A DNA stretch of 64,000 bases from an uncultured Pirellulales bacterium (GCA_964580995.1 CAZOMV010000003.1:13073-77072), one strand, 5' to 3'. Positions 8,354 to 18,224 are shown, numbered from the stretch's first letter. The notes: a model not told the origin generated them from the letters alone. Translations and numbers: made by a program.

Positions 8354-10354
8354 TTACGGCTGAGATTCATTCCACAGGGTATATATTTTTTTCTGCTGGG
8401 GATTCTGCGAATCCGCATACGAGGTTATCACTTGATTCAGGCCGCGATAGAGCCGGATGGCGGTGTCCCGGTAGGTCTTGTCCGCCGCGGTCTGGCTTTC
8501 TTCCGCCGCCAGCCTGATGATCCCGCCTGTTTCCAGAAGCCCGGCTCGCTGCCGCACGGTCAGCATATATTCCAAGGCCAGTTTGGCCTGGGCTAATGCA
8601 AATCCCTCATCCAGTCCCGCCGCCCCGGCTTTTTCACAAAACAACTTCAACCGGGCAGCCGCGGCATAAGAAAGTTCCTCACTCCAGAACGGATCCTCTT
8701 TCGCCGGTACGGAGGGGATGGTTCTTCCGGGGGAAATCACAAACGGCTCGGACACTTTCGCCCCGCCCAGGGCTATCTGGATCTGCGCGGTTTCGGGTAA
8801 TGATGCAAAAAACAAGGAAACCGAACTTTCATCAAAGGTATCGCAATCTTTACCGTTGATTTTAACGGCTGTGACTTTTCCCTGACCGGCGGTGGAAAGA
8901 TACAACCGTTTCTGGCCAAACCGGATGGGAAATTTCTGGTCCAGTTGCATAATGCCTGCCGGGATATGCGGCAGCAGAACCAGACGATCCGCCTGATAGA
9001 GATATTCGAAGAGTCCGCGAATCATCGCCGCGGGCAGGCCGTACGAATCATACGTGTTATAGATTGGCCGCTCATACCACGATACCGTCCTGCCGAAATT
9101 GCTGTAGTGATCGTCCAGCTTGAACTCGCGGGCGAAACTTACTAAATGTTTCATGGACCGGCGGGCATCTTCATAGGCGCCCACGCGATAGTATCCCATC
9201 ATCATCCGGGCTTCACAGGTAGGCCACGCCCCGCCGTTGACCCACCAGCCGAACTGGAAAATCCCCCCCGATTCGTACATGTCATCCAGCGTGGGATAAT
9301 TGGTAATAACAAAATGATAAGGCCGCAGACCGGGGATCGATGCCATTTTATGGTAAATATTCCGGGACTGCTGCTCATCGGCCACCCGGAAACACATGGC
9401 GTCATGATTGCATACCGCCTCGAAATATCCGTACTTTTCCGCTCCATAGATACCGTGCCGCGCCCCGTCCGGATCGAGCGATTTGATGAAGTAGCCCTCC
9501 TCTGTAGTCAATAGCGCCAATCCTTGCCGGGCCGAATCCCGCCGCTGGATACTCTCCTGCACTTTATCACTCTGGCCGGTGAACTTATATATTTCGATCA
9601 TGCGGTCCAACAGCGCGATATAGGTTATGGACAGGCCGCTCAGATAGGCCTGGCCAAACGTGCCGTCCGGTTTGCGCCAGCCGGCGTAGCTGGGGGCCAG
9701 CAGATTTCCCGCCGGTCCCGCCAGAAACAAATTGTTGTTCGGGTCCCGGCGGCTTTCGATCAGGTTCACGCTGCGCTGGAGTTTGGGCAGATACGCGGCG
9801 ATAACCTGCTCGTCCCGGCCAATCAACAATAACTCCGCCTGCATCAGCGAGCCGGCGGCGGTGAACTCCATCGGCCAGTCGTGGATGTCCGCCCGCGCGT
9901 CCCCCTGCTTGTGAACCGCTTCATTCAACCCTGCGCAATCCACCAGGCTACCGTCCGGCGGCGTCCACTTCCAGTCGCGAAAGGCATATTCCGTTTTTCC
10001 GTCCCCCATCCATTTGTACCACAAATCCTGGGCGTTCTGCAGCCAAGTGATATACGGTTCCTGGTAGAACGGCAGGGCGCAATAAGTCGTTCCATAGGTA
10101 TTCTGCACCCACCACATGCCCCAGTCGGGACTCAGGACAAAACCGTTCCACTCCGGCTTGTAAAACATCGCGATATTCGGCAGTTCGGGGTCCGGATCAA
10201 ACATCCGCCGGGAAATATCCAGCAGCTCCATATATTCCACATCCCCCGCCCCGCTGTAATATTCCCCTTCAAACCGCCCCTCGGCAGAATCAGCGGCTGC
10301 CAGGCAGGAATTTATAACCAAAAGCCCCAATAAAACTGACAGACCTGTTTTCAT
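8354..10354 (-). CDS. Secreted 666-aa protein, possibly an (alpha/alpha)6-type glycoside hydrolase; family not assignable by eye
   Basis: Signal peptide MKTGLSVLLGLLVINSCLAAADS. An aromatic-rich segment FQFGWWVNGGAWPTCEARMMMGYYRVGAYEDA is reminiscent of six-hairpin glycosidases. It sits in an operon with rhaM/rhaT/GH29. No catalytic motif recognised. Confidence 0.35.
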   Translation of the reverse strand: MKTGLSVLLGLLVINSCLAAADSAEGRFEGEYYSGAGDVEYMELLDISRRMFDPDPELPNIAMFYKPEWNGFVLSPDWGMWWVQNTYGTTYCALPFYQEPYITWLQNAQDLWYKWMGDGKTEYAFRDWKWTPPDGSLVDCAGLNEAVHKQGDARADIHDWPMEFTAAGSLMQAELLLIGRDEQVIAAYLPKLQRSVNLIESRRDPNNNLFLAGPAGNLLAPSYAGWRKPDGTFGQAYLSGLSITYIALLDRMIEIYKFTGQSDKVQESIQRRDSARQGLALLTTEEGYFIKSLDPDGARHGIYGAEKYGYFEAVCNHDAMCFRVADEQQSRNIYHKMASIPGLRPYHFVITNYPTLDDMYESGGIFQFGWWVNGGAWPTCEARMMMGYYRVGAYEDARRSMKHLVSFAREFKLDDHYSNFGRTVSWYERPIYNTYDSYGLPAAMIRGLFEYLYQADRLVLLPHIPAGIMQLDQKFPIRFGQKRLYLSTAGQGKVTAVKINGKDCDTFDESSVSLFFASLPETAQIQIALGGAKVSEPFVISPGRTIPSVPAKEDPFWSEELSYAAAARLKLFCEKAGAAGLDEGFALAQAKLALEYMLTVRQRAGLLETGGIIRLAAEESQTAADKTYRDTAIRLYRGLNQVITSYADSQNPQQKKIYTLWNESQP

Positions 10355-10356
10355 CT

Positions 10357-11391
10357 TTATTTTTCCTGAATCGCCTGGAACATAGCTTCGACATTGGCCG
10401 GCGGGGTATCGAAAAGAATCGTTTCATGGCTGGGAGACAAGATTAAACCGGTCGGGAAAATCCCTTTTAATTCCCGGACTTTTCGTCGGACCTGTTCGGG
10501 AGTGCCGTTCACCATCAGGTTTTGGGCATCCACCCCGCCGCAAAAAGCCACCTTATCGCCAAAATCTCTTTTTAGCCCTTTCGGTTCCATCCCTGCCGCC
10601 AGGGCCTGTATGGGATTGATGGCGTCCGCCCCCATTTCAATGAGGTCGGGTATGATATCCCGGATCCCCCCGCAGGAATGATGTATCACCTTGACGCCGT
10701 AGCTTTTCGCCTGCTGGATAAAATGGCGGGTACCGGGAAAGGCGAATTCCCGTATTTTATCCGGTGCGAGCATCAGCCCTCTCTGCCCGCCGAAATCATT
10801 GCCGATTAATATGGTATGGAGTTTTCCCCGGGTGGCCTCGAAGAAGATTTCGTTGGCCTTTAAATAAAATTGCTCGATGCGGCCAATCACCGCCCGGAAC
10901 ATCTCCGGTGCGGTGTACATCTGGAGCAAAGCGTTTTCCATCCCGAACGCCGCACAGGCATCCTGAAAATGCGCTGACCAGATCACACCTAAAACGGCCC
11001 GGCCCGGCGGCACATCTTCCACCACCCGCCGACATTCTTCCGGATCGATATACTTGCCCGGATCCGGCCAGTCAAAATCATCCACCCGCGCCGGATCGGC
11101 CATATCCTCAAAAAAGCCCGGAGCTGTTAAGGTCCGGTGCGCTTCATCGATAATTCCCTTTTTGGCAAAGGCGAAAGCCATATAAATTGCATTGGATGTG
11201 GGTGAATGATAGGGCATCTCTACCGGCACCATATCATCATCAAGTTTAACGATGAGCTCGTGGATGCTGTTGGCCTGGAAATAGGAAAAGAGATTCGGAT
11301 ACGCCCGGCTGTCCGGTATCCCCAGCCAACTGCAGGGCCGGTCCACCTTCCGCCGTTCTATCGTGGCATAAAATCGTTCGATATGATCCAT
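10357..11391 (-). CDS. Uroporphyrinogen decarboxylase (URO-D)/MtaA-like family protein
   Basis: ATG at 11391 (MDHIERFYATIERRKVDRP). Family-typical N-terminus and the C-terminal block VIHHSCGGIRDIIPDLIEMGADAINPIQ. The 41 extra codons of the track ORF lack coding character. Confidence 0.7.
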   Translation of the reverse strand: MDHIERFYATIERRKVDRPCSWLGIPDSRAYPNLFSYFQANSIHELIVKLDDDMVPVEMPYHSPTSNAIYMAFAFAKKGIIDEAHRTLTAPGFFEDMADPARVDDFDWPDPGKYIDPEECRRVVEDVPPGRAVLGVIWSAHFQDACAAFGMENALLQMYTAPEMFRAVIGRIEQFYLKANEIFFEATRGKLHTILIGNDFGGQRGLMLAPDKIREFAFPGTRHFIQQAKSYGVKVIHHSCGGIRDIIPDLIEMGADAINPIQALAAGMEPKGLKRDFGDKVAFCGGVDAQNLMVNGTPEQVRRKVRELKGIFPTGLILSPSHETILFDTPPANVEAMFQAIQEK

Positions 11392-11479
11392 AATACTTTC
11401 CTCAAATCCTCCAGTTATTTTGCCAATGGTATCGTAATTAAAAGCAGCTTTTTTCACAATGTACAAAACAGAGATAATT

Positions 11480-11508
11480 TTGGACAATTCCGACTTTTTT
11501 GGTAAAAT
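11480..11508 (+). promoter_or_regulatory. Candidate promoter of the AraC-family gene
   Basis: TTGGAC (11480-11485), 17-nt spacer, TAAAAT (11503-11508), ~58 nt upstream of the ATG at 11566. Sequence match only. Confidence 0.35.
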
Positions 11509-11565
11509 GGCCAATCGAAGCCGGTACCGTTAAAAATATTATAAATATTGAATTAAGAGTATATT

Positions 11566-12456
11566 ATGTTAGATACGAAGCTGCTGCAAACCCTCCGTTT
11601 ATCCCTCATAAATATGGAATTTTGCCGGCTGGACCACTCCTGGCACTACCACAATGTCATGGGCCCCACCTCCCGCCTCTACCTCATTACCGCCGGGGAG
11701 GGGTTCGTCTTTCACCACAATCGCAAATATACCTTATCCGCCGGCAAGATGCACCTGGTCCCCGCTTTTACTGTAAGCAGTTATCATTGTGATGTCTTTC
11801 TGGAACAGTATTATGTTCATTTTTTTAATGAGATGGACGGTTGGATGGAAATTTTCGTCGATCAGGAATGCGAATATCAAATCGACGCCATCCCGCAGGA
11901 TTATGTCCTCTTCCAGCGCCTGATGGAACTGAATCCCAACAAAGCCCTGCCGGACTACGATCCCAAAAAATATGAAAAACACCGGCATCTGGTGCAATAT
12001 CTCCAGCCGGTCCTGAACCAGAACGCCGCCGATTTCCTGGAAAGCAACGGCATCCTCCAGCAGTTATTATCCCGTTTCCTCCGCGGCCCCCTCCAGCCGC
12101 CGGATGACGAAAAAACCCAGCAGCTTCGCCGGCTGCGAAAAATCCTCCGTTATATCAATGACCATCTCCAGGAGAAAATCCCTCTGGAGCAGTTAGCCCA
12201 TATGATCTTTCTCAATCCCGATTACTTTTCCCGCCTGTTCACCCAAATCATCGGCGTGCGCCCGGTGGAATACATCAATCGCAAACGCATCGAAAAAGCC
12301 CAACTGCTCCTGCTTACCACCCAGGATTCCCAGGAAAAAATCGCCTGGGACGTCGGCTTTTCCGATCTGTCCTATTTCTGCCGCCAGTTTAAAAAATATA
12401 CCAACCTAAGCCCCGGCCGCTATCGGCGGCATCCGTTTTCCTATTTCCTCTCCTGA
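11566..12456 (+). CDS. AraC-family transcriptional regulator (cupin-like N-domain plus 2x HTH)
   Basis: C-terminal AraC HTH: IPLEQLAHMIFLNPDYFSRLFTQIIGVRPVEYINRKRIEKAQLLL...IAWDVGFSDLSYFCRQFKKYTNLSPGRYRR. Divergent from the deoxyhexose operon. Confidence 0.9.
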   Translation: MLDTKLLQTLRLSLINMEFCRLDHSWHYHNVMGPTSRLYLITAGEGFVFHHNRKYTLSAGKMHLVPAFTVSSYHCDVFLEQYYVHFFNEMDGWMEIFVDQECEYQIDAIPQDYVLFQRLMELNPNKALPDYDPKKYEKHRHLVQYLQPVLNQNAADFLESNGILQQLLSRFLRGPLQPPDDEKTQQLRRLRKILRYINDHLQEKIPLEQLAHMIFLNPDYFSRLFTQIIGVRPVEYINRKRIEKAQLLLLTTQDSQEKIAWDVGFSDLSYFCRQFKKYTNLSPGRYRRHPFSYFLS

Positions 12457-12495
12457 CCGCCACAGAAGCGGAAAAAGCCGGACTGCGAACCGGAT

Positions 12496-13038
12496 TCATC
12501 CCTTCGCCGCGGAAACGTTCGGCAAATCCAGCTTTTGCGAAATCTCCCGCAACTGGCCGTACAACTCCTCCAACGCCTGGCTGATGACCCGCACCTGCCC
12601 TGTTACCGCCATGAAATTCGTGTCCCCTTCCCAGCGCGGCACCAGATGCATATGAATATGGTCCGGCAGGCCCGCCCCGGCGCACCGCTGAATATTGATC
12701 CCGATATTGAACCCCTGCGGATGAATCGCCTCGGAAAGCACCGTCTGCGCATCCCGCGCCAGCAGCAGCATCTCCAGCATCGTCTGCTCCGACATTTCCT
12801 CCATCGAACGGACATGCTCCGCCGGGGCAATCAGCAGATGCCCGCCGGTATAAGGAAACCGGTTGAAAAGCACCATACACCGGCCGGTACGCCACAATAC
12901 CAGATTTTCCGCATCCTGCCCCGGATGGGCCCAGTAATCGCACAGAAAACAGCCGCTGCCCTCCGGTTTTTTTTCTTTTTCCCCCAGCGATTTCAAATAC
13001 CCGATCCGCCAGGGCGCCCATAGATTGTGATTGTTCAT
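12496..13038 (-). CDS. HIT-family protein (Ap4A phosphorylase/nucleotidyl hydrolase-like)
   Basis: Histidine triad DHIHMHLVPRWEGD. N-terminal APWRIGY...CFLC block typical of the HIT/ATP adenylyltransferase-like subgroup. Confidence 0.8.
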   Translation of the reverse strand: MNNHNLWAPWRIGYLKSLGEKEKKPEGSGCFLCDYWAHPGQDAENLVLWRTGRCMVLFNRFPYTGGHLLIAPAEHVRSMEEMSEQTMLEMLLLARDAQTVLSEAIHPQGFNIGINIQRCAGAGLPDHIHMHLVPRWEGDTNFMAVTGQVRVISQALEELYGQLREISQKLDLPNVSAAKG

Positions 13039-13059
13039 GGTACCTTTCTATCCGCCGGT

Positions 13060-14214
13060 TTACTTCTTCTCCGCCTTCAGCAGATCATAGGCCGAGACGC
13101 AGGACTCTTTCACAAATTTTTCAATATCCCCCAGCGTCGATTTCGCCAGCAGGTCCATATACAGCTTGCCAATATGTTTGTTCCACTGCTCCTTGCGAAT
13201 TTCTTCCGAAATCGTAAATTGCGCCTCCGAAAAAGAAATGGTTCTGGCCTCCTGATACGAGACCAGCCGGGCAATAAAAAACCGATCCTCTCCTTCCAGG
13301 ATCCCGCTCAACTCCCCCGCTGGGTTACCCGCCAGGGCCTGGGCAATCGGCTTATACTGGTCCTGCAGCGCATCCGGCTTGATCGGCCGCCACAAACCAT
13401 CATTCTCCTTGCGAAAACCGTGGGAATACTCTTTTACCACCGCGCTGAAGTCCGTCCCGTTTTGCAGTTTCGCCCACGCTTCTGCCGCCGCCTGGCGTGC
13501 TTTCTCTTTTGCTGCCGTCTTTTGCTCCGCACTGGGATTGGCCCGCTGGGCCTCGTCCAGAAAATTCTTGACCTGAATATCGATCAACTGAAACTGAATC
13601 TCCGCTTCCTGCTGAAACTGGTCTTCCAGATGCCGGCGGTAATACTGCATCATCTGCCCGCGGGTCACCTCCTGCGTCGGGGAGAAATACGTCTCGCGAT
13701 AACTCTGGATCACCATGCGGCGTTTGATCGAATCCAGCTCTTTTTCGATGCTGGACCCCTTTTTGGCCAATTCTTCCTGCGCCCGCGCCTCGATCCCATT
13801 ATAGGATCCGATCAATCGCTTCCGCTCATCCGCCAGGGCCTTTTCGATTACCTTCTCATAATCGTCATGCTTTTCCAAATCTTTCATCGCATGTTGATAT
13901 AACAGCAGATCAAAAATCTTATCCCGAACCACCTTAGCCACCGCCACTTCCGCCCGGGCCAAAAATTGCTGTCGGTCTAATTCTCCCGCCCATTTCACCA
14001 GATCCGCACGCAAATCCGGTTCCGCGATGATCTGTGCCGATGTTAATGCGTCGTTATTGATCCGCAATACCGCCCCCTGGATTGTCTGCGATCCCGCAAT
14101 AGGCTCATTGGGTTCTGCTGGAACCGCCGCCTCGGAAGGCACTTGGGCCTGGGAAAAACTAACCAATTCCCAAACCAATCCTGTCAGTAATAATAAATAA
14201 CGTACATTTAGCAT
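13060..14214 (-). CDS. SurA/PpiD-like periplasmic chaperone with a parvulin-type PPIase domain
   Basis: Signal peptide, long helical chaperone-like region, then a parvulin-like block AEAWAKLQNGTDFSAVVKEYSHGFRKENDGLW. Confidence 0.65.
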   Translation of the reverse strand: MLNVRYLLLLTGLVWELVSFSQAQVPSEAAVPAEPNEPIAGSQTIQGAVLRINNDALTSAQIIAEPDLRADLVKWAGELDRQQFLARAEVAVAKVVRDKIFDLLLYQHAMKDLEKHDDYEKVIEKALADERKRLIGSYNGIEARAQEELAKKGSSIEKELDSIKRRMVIQSYRETYFSPTQEVTRGQMMQYYRRHLEDQFQQEAEIQFQLIDIQVKNFLDEAQRANPSAEQKTAAKEKARQAAAEAWAKLQNGTDFSAVVKEYSHGFRKENDGLWRPIKPDALQDQYKPIAQALAGNPAGELSGILEGEDRFFIARLVSYQEARTISFSEAQFTISEEIRKEQWNKHIGKLYMDLLAKSTLGDIEKFVKESCVSAYDLLKAEKK

Positions 14215-14363
14215 GTAAACTCCTTATTTTGGTGGGATTATATCCGATTTTCGCCAGCCGGGCAATATTTTCCAGAATTTCCCACAATTCGCACCGCCAC
14301 TTTTGAACAGCCAGACTTAAATTTTATATAACCCATTGGAATAAAAGAGAATAGACAGCCCAA

Positions 14364-17300
14364 CTATACCCGCTTCTTCTTATCCAGCATTTTCCGCAAC
14401 AGCGATAAAAGATTCGCCGGCGTGGCGAAGTACTTTTCCGCCAGCCGCACATGCACCGTTTGATAATCCACTATCCGCACGGAACCGGCAGTCCCGGAAA
14501 ATAACCGGTTAATCAAGTTCCCCTCCCGTGATTCTTTGGTACCGGGTTTGGCAGAGACGGTTTCCACCGGTTCATGATCCAGCGTAAAAATCAAATCCGG
14601 CTCCTGCTGGACAATGCTGCGAATCGACCAGGGACCGGCCAGAATCCGGATTTCCGCCAACTGCAAAAGATCGAGCACCGACCGGGGCGGTTTGCCAAAC
14701 TGATCGAACAAATCCTGCTCCAACTGCTCCAGTTCCGCCTTGGTCCGCGCCACCGCCAACCGCCGATAGGCATCCATCCGCTGCCGTTCCGATGCAATAT
14801 AACTTCGCGGAATGTGGCTGCTGATATTCAGCTCCAGATGCGTCATAAGCTCCAATGGCTCCTCCTGGCCTTTCTTATGCCGAACGGCCCGCGCCAGCAA
14901 CTGACAATACATCTCATAGCCCACCGCATCAATATGCCCGCTCTGTTCGATCCCTAATATATTCCCCGCCCCGCGTATCTCCAGATCCCGCATCGCGATC
15001 CGAAACCCTGATCCCAACTGCGAATACTCCTCAATCGCCTTGAGCCGCTTGCTCGCCGTCGGCGTGATCGTCCGCCGTGCCGGCAGCATCATATACGCAT
15101 ACGCCCGGTTCTTATACCGCCCGACCCGTCCCCGCAACTGATGCAATTCCGCCAATCCGAACCGATCCGCATCACAAATAATAATCGTGTTCGCACTGGG
15201 AATGTCCAACCCCGATTCAATAATCGTCGTGCACACCAGCACATCCGCCCGGTGATTCACAAACTCCAGCATCTGCTTCTCCAGCTCATGCTTGGCCATC
15301 TGCCCATGCCCCACCGCAATCCGCGCCTCCGGCACCAATTGATGCAATTGATCCGCCACACTCACAATGTTATGCACCCGGTTGTGCAGAAAATAGACCT
15401 GGCCTTCCCGGGCCAGCTCCCGCAGGATCGATTCCCGGATCCGCTCCTTGTCATACGCACACACCTCCGTCACAATGCTCCGCCGGTCCAGCGGCGGGGT
15501 CATCAGCGAGGAGATATCCCGCAACCCCAGCAGCGCCATATGCAGCGTGCGCGGGATCGGCGTGGCCGTCATCGTCAGCATATCCACCGTGGTCCGCATC
15601 CGTTTCAGCCGCTCCTTGTGTTCCACCCCGAACCGCTGCTCCTCGTCGATAATCACCAGCCCCAAATCCTTAAACCGAACATCCCCGCTCAAAATCCGGT
15701 GCGTCCCGATCAGTACATCCACCTGCCCACGGGCGGTGCGGTCGAGAATTTCCCGGGCCTGCCGGCCGGTCTTGAACCGGCTGATCGACTCCACCGCAAA
15801 AGGATAATCCGCCAGCCGCTCCGTAAACGTGCGATAATGTTGCTCCGCCAGGACCGTCGTCGGCACCAGCACCGCCGTCTGCTTACCGGTTTCCGCCGCC
15901 TTGAACACCGCCCGCATCGCCAATTCCGTCTTGCCATACCCCACATCCCCACACAACAATCGGTCCATCGGCCGGCTCATCTGCATATCCTTCTTAATAT
16001 CCTGATTCGCCGTCAGTTGATCGTCCGTTTCCTGGTATAAAAACGATTCCTCAAATTCCTTCTGCCACGCCGTATCGTCCGGGAAGCGGATGCCCGGCAT
16101 ACTCTGCCGCTGGGCCTGAATCTCCAGCAGTTCCGACGCCACATCCTCCACCGCCTCCCGCACCTTCTGCTTCTGTTTCTCCCAGCTTTTGCCTCCCACC
16201 CGCGAAAGCACCATTCGCCCCGACCGGCATCCCACATACTTATGCACCAAATCGATCTTGCTGGCCGGGACATGCACCACTGCTTTGTCCGCGTATTCCA
16301 GCGCCAGATATTCTTCCTGCCGGCCCCCCTTGGTCAGAGTTTTCATTCCCAGGAACCGGCCGATCCCGTGGGTCACATGCACCACCAGATCGTTCTTCTC
16401 CAGATCCACAAACGAATCAATCGCCTGCACGTTCTTCAGCTTACGCAACCTCCGCCGTACCGGATGCTGGCCAAACAACTCATGATGGCTGACCACCAGT
16501 AAATCCGTCTTCGGCAGTGAAAATCCCTCGTGCACAAAGCCAACCGGAAAATAAAACCGCCCCGAAAAACCAGGCTCCGATCCTCCTGTTTTAGTTTTCC
16601 CCTTTAGATCCCCCAGTAGTTCCTTCGTCCGCTGCTGTTCCGCCGGATTCTCGCAAAACAGAAACACCCGGCTCGTTCCACATTGATCCCATAATTCATC
16701 CAGCGCCTCCACCCCGCGTCTTTCATACTGCTGTATGGACTGCCCGTCCAACCGCAGCGAATTCCGTCCCGCCACCGAAGCAAATTTATTGATATATAAC
16801 CGGTCCCATCCCGCCGCTTTCTTCAGAACCGCCTCCACCGGATACATCCCCAGCGGATGATTCATCCGCTCCAGAAAAATCCGCCCCACCTCCGCCACCT
16901 CGCTGCTCTCCTCCACCACCAGCAACGTATCCTTCGCCAGATAATCGAACAACATCGACGACTCTTCCCCAGTCGCCGTGCCCCGGCAACTGGCAATCTG
17001 AATCCGCCGGATCGGCGCCGTGGACCGCTGCGTATCCCGGTCGAAATAGCGAAGCGACTCAACCTGGTCTCCAAAAAATTCCAGACGCACCGGGTGATCC
17101 TGGCCCGGTCCCAAAATATCCACAATCCCGCCCCGCTGGGCAAACTCTCCTACCACATCCACCTGATCCACCCGCCCATACTGATGATCCACCAGCCACT
17201 TCACAATCCCCTCCGGCCCGCCTTCATATTCCTGCGACTCCGCTATGGATAGCGATTGCTCGTCTAAAAAATGCGGCGATGGGACCGGCTGCATGAGCGC

Positions 17301-17756
17301 ATTCACTGAAGCCACCAGTATTCCATTCTGCTTGCCTTCCGCCAGCCATCGACACAACCGAAACCGCTCACAAGCAATTTCCGAGGTCGGCTCCAATTCC
17401 GCTTCTTGTCTCTCCGAGGCCGGGAATAATTCGACCCCTTTGCCGCAAAACGTTTCCAGATCATCCTGTGCGTGGTCCGCCTCGCTGATATGCGCCGCTA
17501 AAAATAGCACCGGACGCCCCAGCCTTTCGTGCAAAATCGCTGTAATCAACCGGCTATACGATCCCCAACTGCCGCATACCTCCATCTCGATCCCCACACC
17601 GGCGGATGAAAGGCCCCCGGAACCCCCGGCTGGCATTACTCGCCGGCTAAAAAAATCCACCACCCTGACGATCGGCGAGGATTCCCCTTCTGCTCCCAAT
17701 AAAATATCTTTCAACTCCGCTAATTCTTTCACAACCTGATCGCCCTGCCCCCGCAT
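14364..17756 (-). CDS. mfd: Transcription-repair coupling factor Mfd
   Basis: Start at the ATG at 17756 (MRGQGDQ); the track extension would overlap the FHA gene. CarD/TRCF domain (DLVVHVTHGIGRF), SF2 helicase motifs GDVGYGKTE, DEEQRFGV, TATPIPRTL, QLRGRVGR, and a C-terminal TRCF domain. Confidence 0.95.
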   Translation of the reverse strand: MRGQGDQVVKELAELKDILLGAEGESSPIVRVVDFFSRRVMPAGGSGGLSSAGVGIEMEVCGSWGSYSRLITAILHERLGRPVLFLAAHISEADHAQDDLETFCGKGVELFPASERQEAELEPTSEIACERFRLCRWLAEGKQNGILVASVNALMQPVPSPHFLDEQSLSIAESQEYEGGPEGIVKWLVDHQYGRVDQVDVVGEFAQRGGIVDILGPGQDHPVRLEFFGDQVESLRYFDRDTQRSTAPIRRIQIASCRGTATGEESSMLFDYLAKDTLLVVEESSEVAEVGRIFLERMNHPLGMYPVEAVLKKAAGWDRLYINKFASVAGRNSLRLDGQSIQQYERRGVEALDELWDQCGTSRVFLFCENPAEQQRTKELLGDLKGKTKTGGSEPGFSGRFYFPVGFVHEGFSLPKTDLLVVSHHELFGQHPVRRRLRKLKNVQAIDSFVDLEKNDLVVHVTHGIGRFLGMKTLTKGGRQEEYLALEYADKAVVHVPASKIDLVHKYVGCRSGRMVLSRVGGKSWEKQKQKVREAVEDVASELLEIQAQRQSMPGIRFPDDTAWQKEFEESFLYQETDDQLTANQDIKKDMQMSRPMDRLLCGDVGYGKTELAMRAVFKAAETGKQTAVLVPTTVLAEQHYRTFTERLADYPFAVESISRFKTGRQAREILDRTARGQVDVLIGTHRILSGDVRFKDLGLVIIDEEQRFGVEHKERLKRMRTTVDMLTMTATPIPRTLHMALLGLRDISSLMTPPLDRRSIVTEVCAYDKERIRESILRELAREGQVYFLHNRVHNIVSVADQLHQLVPEARIAVGHGQMAKHELEKQMLEFVNHRADVLVCTTIIESGLDIPSANTIIICDADRFGLAELHQLRGRVGRYKNRAYAYMMLPARRTITPTASKRLKAIEEYSQLGSGFRIAMRDLEIRGAGNILGIEQSGHIDAVGYEMYCQLLARAVRHKKGQEEPLELMTHLELNISSHIPRSYIASERQRMDAYRRLAVARTKAELEQLEQDLFDQFGKPPRSVLDLLQLAEIRILAGPWSIRSIVQQEPDLIFTLDHEPVETVSAKPGTKESREGNLINRLFSGTAGSVRIVDYQTVHVRLAEKYFATPANLLSLLRKMLDKKKRV

Positions 17757-17766
17757 CGGGAAAAAC

Positions 17767-18153
17767 CTATTGCCTGTTCGATTTTCCTTCCCGTTTCTCC
17801 CCCGCTTTTTTGAGCTTGTCCAGATCATAGAGCGGCAGTTTGGCCGCTTTCGGGTCGATCGTATCCAGGGCGCTCCAGAATCGGATCGTCGAACCTCCGA
17901 TCCCGATCTCATCTCCGTCAAAAAGCGGTTCCGCCTTCTCCACTTTATCCTGATTCAACAACGTTCCGTTGCGGCTGCACAAATCCCGTAAAAAATAACG
18001 GCCTTCCTCCAGATAGATCTCGCAGTGCTTCCGAGATGCCTGCCTCTCATCGATATACAACGGATTATCCGCCATCCGGCCGATCGTGATCCGAGGTAAC
18101 TCTACTTTGATACGGCGAGGATTTCTGCTGTCATATATTTCAAAAATAGGCAT
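17767..18153 (-). CDS. Stand-alone FHA-domain protein
   Basis: ITIGRMADNPLYIDERQASRKHCEIYLEEGRYFLRDLCSRNGTLLNQ is a canonical FHA core (G-R...S-x-x-H...N-G). Confidence 0.85.
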   Translation of the reverse strand: MPIFEIYDSRNPRRIKVELPRITIGRMADNPLYIDERQASRKHCEIYLEEGRYFLRDLCSRNGTLLNQDKVEKAEPLFDGDEIGIGGSTIRFWSALDTIDPKAAKLPLYDLDKLKKAGEKREGKSNRQ

Positions 18154-18224
18154 ATCTTACATCACGTGAATCGATACGGAATATTCACAATGGTGTTACG
18201 TCCCTGCATACGGGCCAACCCGGA

